Origin: Candidatus Eiseniibacteriota bacterium
GTDB lineage: Bacteria; Eisenbacteria; RBG-16-71-46
Assembly (NCBI GenBank): GCA_963776245.1
Contig: CAVZLN010000003.1
Location: 384,001 to 448,000 of the forward strand
Length of the DNA stretch: 64,000 nucleotides
Reading direction: 5' to 3'
A program made the translations under genes and the position numbers. How positions within the stretch are numbered: position 1 is the first letter of the stretch; each line of letters opens with the position of its first letter. The notes under the pieces are model-generated. The model had not been told where the DNA came from. It saw nothing but the letters and a program-made list of their open reading frames with translations, and did not search any database. Shown in pieces: positions 57,759-64,000 of the stretch.

Positions 57759-59108
57759 ATGAGCAGCGCCGGAGTCCTTCCCGCCCCGTCCACCCGCGAG
57801 GCCCGCCGCAACTTCCGGCTGGGCGTGGTCAACGGCGCCCTCTACCAGGCCGGCGAGGGCTTCATCGACTCCGGCACCGTGATCCCGGTGCTGTTGTCGC
57901 GCCTCACCGCTTCGGGCGCGCTCATCGGGCTGGGCTCCTCCCTGTCCGACCTCGGCTGGCTGCTGCCGCAATTCCTGGTCACGCCATGGCTGGCCCGTTT
58001 CCCCCACCAACTGTGGCTCTACCGGCGCGCCGCGGTGGTGCGGGGCCTGGCCCTGGGGACGCTGGCCGCGCTCTCCTTCCCGCTGCTCCATCACCCGCGG
58101 GCGATGCTCGCGGCGTTCCTGGCGTGCTACGCCACCTACACCTTCGGTGCCGGCGCCAGCGCGGTGTCCTTCATGGAGGTGGTCGGTAAGACCGTGCCGC
58201 GCGAGCGGCTCGGTTCGTTCTGGTCCCAGCGCCTGTTGTGGGGTGGCACGCTCGCCGCGCTCGCCGGCTTCCTGGTGCGCGAGGTGCTCAAGCTCGAGTC
58301 GCAGCAGGCGCAGTACATCATCCTGTTCGGCACCGCGACCGTGCTCGCGTCGGCGGCCTACGCGCTGTTCTCCGTCATCCGGGAGCCGGCCGGACATGCC
58401 GACCGCGAGACCGCCCGCCTCACACCCATCCAGTTGCTCGGCGAAGGCATGCGCATGCTCGGCGACGACGCGCCGTTCCGCCACCTGCTGCTGGCGCGCG
58501 CCACGCTCGCGGCATGGCTCACCGCCAGCCCGTTCATGGTGTTGTTCGCGATGCGCGACCTCGGTGGTGGCGCTCGTGCGGCCGGCACCTTCCTGCTCGC
58601 CCGTATCGCCGGCTTCGTGCTCCTGAGCCTGCTGTGGCAGCCGCTCTCTCGCGCGCGCGGCAGCCGGGCGCTGATGCGCGCCGGCACCCTGCTGGTCGCC
58701 GCGGCCACCGGCGCGGCCGCCGTGGTGAGCCTCGCGTCCCCCTGGGGGCTGGGCTGGATCCCGGCGCCCGCGTCGGTGTTCTCACTCGAAGCGGTCGCGT
58801 TCGCGGGCGGAGCGGCGCAGAGCGCGATCCTGATCGGCTACGGCAGCCTGCTCATCGAGCTCGCGCCGGCCGGGCGACGGCATTCGTTCATCGGCCTGAC
58901 CAGCACCTTCCTCGGGCCCTTCATGTTCATGCCCATGGTGGGTGGCGCGCTGGTCGACCTGGTGCATGCCCCCGCGGTGTTCGCCCTGTGCGCGGTCGCC
59001 GCCCTGGTCGGGCATCGCGCCGCACGGCGGCTGCCCGACACGCGGATCGCGGCCGGGACGATCTCGGGTGAGGGCATGGACACCCCGGGCCACGGGGGCG
59101 GAGCGTGA
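57759..59108 (+). CDS. MFS transporter
   Basis: About 12 hydrophobic segments; RRNFRLGVVNG, LLPQF, K.VP.ERLG.F. Confidence 0.85.
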   Translation: MSSAGVLPAPSTREARRNFRLGVVNGALYQAGEGFIDSGTVIPVLLSRLTASGALIGLGSSLSDLGWLLPQFLVTPWLARFPHQLWLYRRAAVVRGLALGTLAALSFPLLHHPRAMLAAFLACYATYTFGAGASAVSFMEVVGKTVPRERLGSFWSQRLLWGGTLAALAGFLVREVLKLESQQAQYIILFGTATVLASAAYALFSVIREPAGHADRETARLTPIQLLGEGMRMLGDDAPFRHLLLARATLAAWLTASPFMVLFAMRDLGGGARAAGTFLLARIAGFVLLSLLWQPLSRARGSRALMRAGTLLVAAATGAAAVVSLASPWGLGWIPAPASVFSLEAVAFAGGAAQSAILIGYGSLLIELAPAGRRHSFIGLTSTFLGPFMFMPMVGGALVDLVHAPAVFALCAVAALVGHRAARRLPDTRIAAGTISGEGMDTPGHGGGA

Positions 59109-59470
59109 CCCGGCGCGTGGTGGTCGCGGTGCCCGACCTGTTCTTCTGCGCGCGCATCGGCGCCACGGCGAAGATGCTGGGCGTGCAGGTCGACGAGGTG
59201 CCCATCGAACAGGCCGGCGCGGCCTGCCGCGCCGGGCCGGCGGCGATGGTGCTGGTGGACCTCGAGGCCCCCGGCGCGGTGGAGATGGTGCGCGCGTTCA
59301 AGGCCGATCCCGCGCTCGCCGCCGTGCCGGTGGTGGGCTTCTACCCCCACGTGAACGTCGGGACCCGGGCCGCGGCGGTCGCGGCCGGGATCGACCGCGC
59401 GCTCACGCGCTCAGCCTTCACCACGCTCCTGCCCACGCTGCTCGCGGGCGAGGCGCCTGCGGACCAGTGA
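59105..59470 (+). CDS. stand-alone receiver-like domain protein
   Basis: VVVAVPDLFF, MVLVDL, VPVVGF, A..AGID; GTGA overlap with the MFS gene. Confidence 0.7.
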   Translation: MTRRVVVAVPDLFFCARIGATAKMLGVQVDEVPIEQAGAACRAGPAAMVLVDLEAPGAVEMVRAFKADPALAAVPVVGFYPHVNVGTRAAAVAAGIDRALTRSAFTTLLPTLLAGEAPADQ

Positions 59471-59490
59471 GAACTCGCGGTCCCGGGCCA

Positions 59491-59519
59491 TTGGAGGCGC
59501 CCGCGGAGCGGGCTATACT
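59491..59519 (+). promoter_or_regulatory. putative sigma-70 promoter for the small ORF-queECD unit
   Basis: TTGGAG, 17-nt spacer, TATACT. Confidence 0.55.
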
Positions 59520-59565
59520 CCCGCCCCGTTCGCGACCCTCGGCCCACCCCTGCACGGAACGACCC

Positions 59566-59739
59566 ATGAACGACGCTTCGAAGCTCGCCGCCCCGCGTCC
59601 TGATCGCGTGTCCATCTCGTGTCCGGGCTGCGGCCGCCACGACTGGGTGACGTGGCCCGCAGGCCAGGACGTCCTCCACTGGAAGTGTTTCAATTGCGAG
59701 AAGTCGTTCGACCTTCCCCGCCAGGGCGGAGGCCACTGA
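59566..59739 (+). CDS. 57-aa zinc-ribbon-like protein
   Basis: MNDASK...CPGC-(18 aa)-CFNC...; two CxxC knuckles, host-like codons, promoter upstream. Confidence 0.65.
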   Translation: MNDASKLAAPRPDRVSISCPGCGRHDWVTWPAGQDVLHWKCFNCEKSFDLPRQGGGH

Positions 59740-59840
59740 TCCGCCCCGGGGCGCGAGGGCGCGCTTCGATGGAGCCGTCGCGTCGCGACATCGTGCGGGC
59801 GGATGCGCGCCGCCGCTCGTCTTCCGGAGACGCCTGCCCC

Positions 59841-60524
59841 GTGACCGACGACGCCAGCCCTCCCACCACCGTCCGCGTCAGCGAGGTGTTCCTCTCGCTC
59901 CAGGGCGAGGGACCCTCGGCCGGGAGTCCTGCGCACTTCGTGCGCCTGCAGGGCTGCAGCGTCGGGTGCCGGTGGTGCGACACGAGGTACGCGTGGGATG
60001 CCGCCGGGGGCCGCGCGATCGAGCTCGGCGCCCTGTGGGACGAGGCGCAGGCGCTCGGTCCCGCGCCACTGCTGGTGGTGACGGGAGGCGAACCGCTCGA
60101 GTGCCCGGCGCTCGGCGCCCTGCTGGACGAGGCGCTGCGACGCTGGGATCGCGTCGAGGTCGAGACCAGCGGGCTGCTCCCGCCCCCGCTGGAGCATCCG
60201 CGGCTGGCGTGGAACGTCTCGCCCAAGCTGCCTTCGGTGACCGGCCGCGCGGCCGACACCTGGGCCCACGCCGCGGCGTGGGTCGCCGCGCCCAATACCA
60301 CCTTCAAGCTGGTGGTGGGCGACGACCCCGACCTCGACGACGCGCTGAGACTGATCGAGCGCCATCGGCTGCCGCGCGAACGCGTCATGCTCATGCCCGA
60401 GGGGCTCACCGACGAGACGCTGCGCCGCCGCGCGGAGGTGTTGGCGGCCGCGTGCGTGCGCCACGGACTGCGGATGAGCCCGCGGCTCCACGTGTGGATC
60501 TGGGGCGCGCGGCGGGGCGTATGA
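59841..60524 (+). CDS. queE: 7-carboxy-7-deazaguanine synthase
   Basis: EVF.SLQGEG, FVRLQGCSVGCRWCDT, VVTGGEP, ETSG, SPKL, RLH; alternative start ATG 59769. Confidence 0.93.
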   Translation: MTDDASPPTTVRVSEVFLSLQGEGPSAGSPAHFVRLQGCSVGCRWCDTRYAWDAAGGRAIELGALWDEAQALGPAPLLVVTGGEPLECPALGALLDEALRRWDRVEVETSGLLPPPLEHPRLAWNVSPKLPSVTGRAADTWAHAAAWVAAPNTTFKLVVGDDPDLDDALRLIERHRLPRERVMLMPEGLTDETLRRRAEVLAAACVRHGLRMSPRLHVWIWGARRGV

Positions 60525-61219
60525 ACGCGCGCGCCGTGGTGCTGCTCTCGGGGGGTCTCGATTCGACCACGTGTCTGGCGTGGGCGCGGGCTCGTGGGTT
60601 CGAGTGCCACACCCTCACGCTGGACTACGGCCAGCGCCATCGGGTGGAGCTCGCGGCCGCCGCGCGCGTTGCGGCCGCGCTCGGCGTCGCGAGTCATCGG
60701 GTGGTGGCGGTCGACCTGCGCGCCATCGGAGGCTCGGCCCTCACGTCGGCGACCGCGGTGCCGCGGGACCGCGAGGAGGCGGAGATGGACGCGACGGTGC
60801 CGTCCACCTACGTGCCCGCGCGCAACACGCTCCTGCTCGCGCTCGCGCTCGGGCTCGCGGAGACCCTGGACGCCACCGAATTGGTGGCGGGCATGAACGC
60901 CGTCGACTACTCCGGGTACCCCGACTGCCGCCCCGATTTCGTGCGCGCCTTCGAGGCGCTCGCGGCGCTCGCCACGGTGGCCGGCACGCGGGGTGCGCGC
61001 TTCACCGTCCATACCCCGCTCATGGCCCTCGACAAGGCGGCGATCGTGAAGCTCGGCGTGTCGCTGCGCGTGGACCATGCGCTCACGCACTCGTGCTACG
61101 ATCCCGCGCCGGGCGGCGAGGCCTGCGGCCGCTGTGACGCGTGCCGCCTGCGTCTCAAGGGGTTCCGCGAAGCCGGCATCGCCGACCCGATCCGCTACCT
61201 GACTCGCCCGGAGGCCTGA
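60521..61219 (+). CDS. queC: 7-cyano-7-deazaguanine synthase
   Basis: LLSGGLDS, DYGQRH, TYVPARN, DYSGYPDCRP, SCY....CGRCDAC. Confidence 0.96.
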   Translation: MNARAVVLLSGGLDSTTCLAWARARGFECHTLTLDYGQRHRVELAAAARVAAALGVASHRVVAVDLRAIGGSALTSATAVPRDREEAEMDATVPSTYVPARNTLLLALALGLAETLDATELVAGMNAVDYSGYPDCRPDFVRAFEALAALATVAGTRGARFTVHTPLMALDKAAIVKLGVSLRVDHALTHSCYDPAPGGEACGRCDACRLRLKGFREAGIADPIRYLTRPEA

Positions 61220-61221
61220 GC

Positions 61222-61590
61222 ATGCGGGTGGAGCTGACCAAGGAGTACGGCTTCGAGGCCGCGCACCGGCTGCCGCGGGTGCCCCCCGAGCACAAGTGCG
61301 CGCGGATGCACGGGCACTCGTATCGAGTCGGCATCACCATCGAGGGCGAGGTGGACCCGGCGATGGGCTGGCTCGAGGACTTCGGTGGCATCACCGCGAC
61401 GGTCGAGCCCCTGCTCAAGCACGAGCTCGACCATCGGACGCTGAACGACGTGCCCGGCCTCGAGAACCCGACCGCCGAGCGGTTGTGCGCGTGGCTCTGG
61501 GAGCGACTCGCGCCGCATCTCCCGCGGCTTTCCGCCATCACAGTGCATGAGACGTGCACCGCCCGCTGCACTTTCCGCGGGCCCCGCTGA
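61222..61590 (+). CDS. queD: 6-carboxytetrahydropterin synthase
   Basis: FEAAHRLP, KCARMHGHSY, LDH..LN, NPTAE, V.ET. Confidence 0.95.
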   Translation: MRVELTKEYGFEAAHRLPRVPPEHKCARMHGHSYRVGITIEGEVDPAMGWLEDFGGITATVEPLLKHELDHRTLNDVPGLENPTAERLCAWLWERLAPHLPRLSAITVHETCTARCTFRGPR

Positions 61591-61606
61591 CCTGAAGGGA
61601 CGTTCC

Positions 61607-62521
61607 ATGCCCCACCGCATCTTCGTCACCGGCGCCACCGGCTACCTCGGTGGCGCGATCGCGACGCGCCTGGCCCGCGACGGGCACACCGTGCTCGGCC
61701 TGGCGCGCGACGAATCCCGCGCTGGCGCGCTCCGCGCCGCCGGCGTGCAGCCCGTGATCGGCGATCTCGCCGAGCCGCGCACGTTCGTCGGCGCGCTCAA
61801 GAACTGCGACGTGGTGGTGCACGCCGCGTCCGATCCGAAGGCGGCCGCGCCCCGCGACCAGCAGGTGCTCGATGCGGTGCGCGCCGCGGCCGAGGATGGC
61901 CGCGTGCGCCGCTTCCTGTACACCAGCGGCATGTGGGTCCACGGCGACACCGCGGGCGCGACGGTGGACGAGGAGACGCCGCTCGCGCCGTTGCCGATCG
62001 TGCGCTGGCGCCCGGCCCACGAGGACCTCGCCCTCGACCTCGCGCGCTTCGAGGTGAAGACGGTCGTGCTGCGCCCCACCATCGTGTATGGAGAGGGGCG
62101 CGGGATCCTCGGCGGGATGTTCGCCGAGGCGCGCGACCGCCACACCGTCACCGTTCCGGGCGACGGGTCCCAGCACTGGGGCATGGTGCATCGCGACGAC
62201 GTCGCCGAGGCGTACGCGCTGGCGCTCGAGCGCGCCCAGGGCGGTGAGCGATACATCCTCAACGACGGTTCCGAGCCCACGCTGCACGCCATCGCCGCGG
62301 CGATCGCCCGGGCGACCGGCGCCGAACCGCGCCCGTGGGCCCGCGCCGAGGTGCTGAAGGCGCTGGGGCCCTACGGCGAGGCGCTGCTCGCCAGCCAGCG
62401 GTCGAGCGCCGCGCGCGCGCGGCGCGACCTCGGCTGGGCGCCGCGACATGCGTCGTTCGTCGACGAGATCGACTCGCTGTTCCGCGAGTGGCTCGCGGCG
62501 CAGGGCACACCGGTGGCGTGA
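61607..62521 (+). CDS. NAD-dependent epimerase/dehydratase family protein
   Basis: IFVTGATGYLG Rossmann motif, YTSG, LRP..VYG, VH.DDVA.AY. Confidence 0.88.
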   Translation: MPHRIFVTGATGYLGGAIATRLARDGHTVLGLARDESRAGALRAAGVQPVIGDLAEPRTFVGALKNCDVVVHAASDPKAAAPRDQQVLDAVRAAAEDGRVRRFLYTSGMWVHGDTAGATVDEETPLAPLPIVRWRPAHEDLALDLARFEVKTVVLRPTIVYGEGRGILGGMFAEARDRHTVTVPGDGSQHWGMVHRDDVAEAYALALERAQGGERYILNDGSEPTLHAIAAAIARATGAEPRPWARAEVLKALGPYGEALLASQRSSAARARRDLGWAPRHASFVDEIDSLFREWLAAQGTPVA

Positions 62522-62536
62522 GCGCGCGCGGCGCGC

Positions 62537-62579
62537 GGAACGCCGGAGGCCCGGTCGCGCGCCGGGCCTTCGGCGTTCC
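62537..62579. terminator. long GC-rich hairpin after the que operon
   Basis: GGAACGCCGGAGGCCCGG-N7-CCGGGCCTTCGGCGTTCC. Confidence 0.5.
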
Positions 62580-62616
62580 CTCGCGAGGACGGAGCCGCTA
62601 GAGTCCCCGTCCTGCC

Positions 62617-64000
62617 ATGCTCGCCCGCTCGTCATCTTCCCACCCCGACCGCGCGCGTCTCGCCCTCGCGGCGTTCGCCGTCGTCGCCCTCGTCGCGTTC
62701 GCGGGGCGCGGGTGCATGCGCGGCGCCGTCGCGGCGCGGGTGCGGCATGCGGCCGCCGCGCGCGGGCTGGTGGCCACGTGGCGCACGCTCGATCTCGCCC
62801 CGCCGCTGCGGGTGCGGCTCACCGGCCTCGCGCTCACGCGCGCCGCGGAGCGCGACACCGTCTTCCGCGCCGAGTCGCTCGCCGTGATCTTCGATCCGTG
62901 GCGCCTGCTGGCGCTCCGCCCGACCCCCCGCGCGGTCCTGCTCTCCCACGCCCGCTTCGTGCGGCCGGCCCCGGCGGCGCCGGACACGCTCGAGGACGAG
63001 AGCCCGCGGCGCAACACCCGCCCCGATCGCTCGGCCAGGGTCCGCCGGCTCGCCGACGGCGCGGTCCAGGCGCTCCTGCTCCCCGCGCGCCGGCTGCCGC
63101 GCCTGACGCTGCGCGACGTGACGCTCGAGAACGCGCCGTCCCCCGACGAGCCCGATGCCGAGCCCGCCGCACTCCAGCTCCGATCGCTCGACCTGTGGCG
63201 CCATCGCGGCGGGGTCTCGCTCGAGGCCGCGGGCGCGCTCGCATTCAATCGCGCGATGCCGTTCCGGCTGGCGCTCGAATGGGGGGACGACGACCGGCTC
63301 GACGGCAGCGCGCGGATCGGCGTGCCGTACGCGGCGGGCGGACGGCTGGACACGCTGAGTCTCGGCGTGAACGGACGACTGCGCCAGGATCGGATCGCGG
63401 GCACCGTGGGGCTCACCGACTCGACGCGCGTGCTGGTGGGGGACATCCCGATCTTCCTGTCCGCCCGGGTGGCCCGGCGCGGCCCCGCGCTCTCGCTGCG
63501 TCTCACCGCCGACGGACTGACCGAGGAACGCCTGCTCGGCAGCCTGCCGCGCCCGCTGCTCGGCCCCTTGCTGGACCTCGCCGTCCTCGGCTCGTTCGAC
63601 TATCGGCTCGCGTTCGACCTCGACCTCGCCCGCCCCGACAGCGTGGACTTCCACGCCGACGTCGTGCCGCACGGCCTGATGCTCGACCTGTCGCGGACGC
63701 GCCTCGACATCGCCCGGCTCGAGCGGCCCTTCGTCGCCACCATCCATCTGCCCCACGGGGTGCGCGAGGTTCGCGACCTCTCGGTGGCCAACCCGCACTT
63801 CCTGCCGCTCGGCCTGATCGACTCGCTGCTCGTGCACGCGGTGATCGCCAACGAGGACGGCGCCTTCTTCCGCCACCGCGGCTTCAACACCGAGGCGGTC
63901 AAACTGGCGATCGCGGACAACATCCACGCCGCCGCCTACCGCCGCGGCGCGGGCACCATCACCATGCAGCTGGCGCGCAACCTGTGGCTCGGCCACGAGC
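62617..64000 (+). CDS. peptidoglycan transglycosylase (GT51) domain protein, truncated at window end
   Basis: Absent from the ORF track (no stop in window); N-terminal TM helix, then in frame NEDGAFFRHRGF and GAGTITMQLARNL motifs. Confidence 0.85.
   Translation, partial: MLARSSSSHPDRARLALAAFAVVALVAFAGRGCMRGAVAARVRHAAAARGLVATWRTLDLAPPLRVRLTGLALTRAAERDTVFRAESLAVIFDPWRLLALRPTPRAVLLSHARFVRPAPAAPDTLEDESPRRNTRPDRSARVRRLADGAVQALLLPARRLPRLTLRDVTLENAPSPDEPDAEPAALQLRSLDLWRHRGGVSLEAAGALAFNRAMPFRLALEWGDDDRLDGSARIGVPYAAGGRLDTLSLGVNGRLRQDRIAGTVGLTDSTRVLVGDIPIFLSARVARRGPALSLRLTADGLTEERLLGSLPRPLLGPLLDLAVLGSFDYRLAFDLDLARPDSVDFHADVVPHGLMLDLSRTRLDIARLERPFVATIHLPHGVREVRDLSVANPHFLPLGLIDSLLVHAVIANEDGAFFRHRGFNTEAVKLAIADNIHAAAYRRGAGTITMQLARNLWLGHE

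Noticed and set aside
59841..61590. 7-deazaguanine DNA-modification (dpd) defence island
   Set aside because: No dpdA/tgt-like or other dpd genes nearby; fits housekeeping queuosine precursor synthesis.
62598..63996. Minus-strand ORFs at the window end
   Set aside because: Shadows of the plus-strand transglycosylase gene, which the ORF track missed because it has no stop in the window.
1..64000. tRNA, rRNA, prophage or integrase genes
   Set aside because: None recognised by eye.

Overview
Very GC-rich bacterial chromosomal window. The TonB-dependent receptor points to a diderm. The FlgD-Ig-tailed secreted protein, futalosine pathway and a Fibrobacter-type LexA box suggest an FCB-related lineage such as Ca. 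Eisenbacteria (inference only). It carries: the conserved rpmH-rnpA-yidD-yidC-jag-mnmE-mnmG-rsmG-parA-parB block followed by a bactofilin, with two parS sites but no dnaA next to rpmH; futalosine-route menaquinone genes in three places (mqnA; mqnE; mqnP-ubiX-ubiD); lexA, recQ, ribA and queE-queC-queD; a btpA-pfkB-psuG operon; an ECF sigma/anti-sigma cluster; a frameshifted GH18-deacetylase-GT2 fusion; c-di-GMP-related genes (HD-GYP, PilZ); two orphan histidine kinases; and several secreted proteins. Best candidate for a new system: directly after lexA sits an intact, solo IS200/IS605 TnpA-like gene that keeps the HUH motif but lacks the catalytic Tyr and Gln. It is preceded by a near-copy of the palindrome found in the lexA promoter, which suggests a domesticated, SOS-controlled, non-cleaving HUH protein. 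Other leads: RsmG and Jag with very long Arg-rich disordered regions, a HEAT/HD-GYP pair sharing an N-terminal domain, and a G-quadruplex-type tandem repeat where dnaA/oriC normally lies. No tRNA, rRNA or CRISPR was recognised. All calls come from motif reading by eye; no searches were run, and start codons are best estimates.
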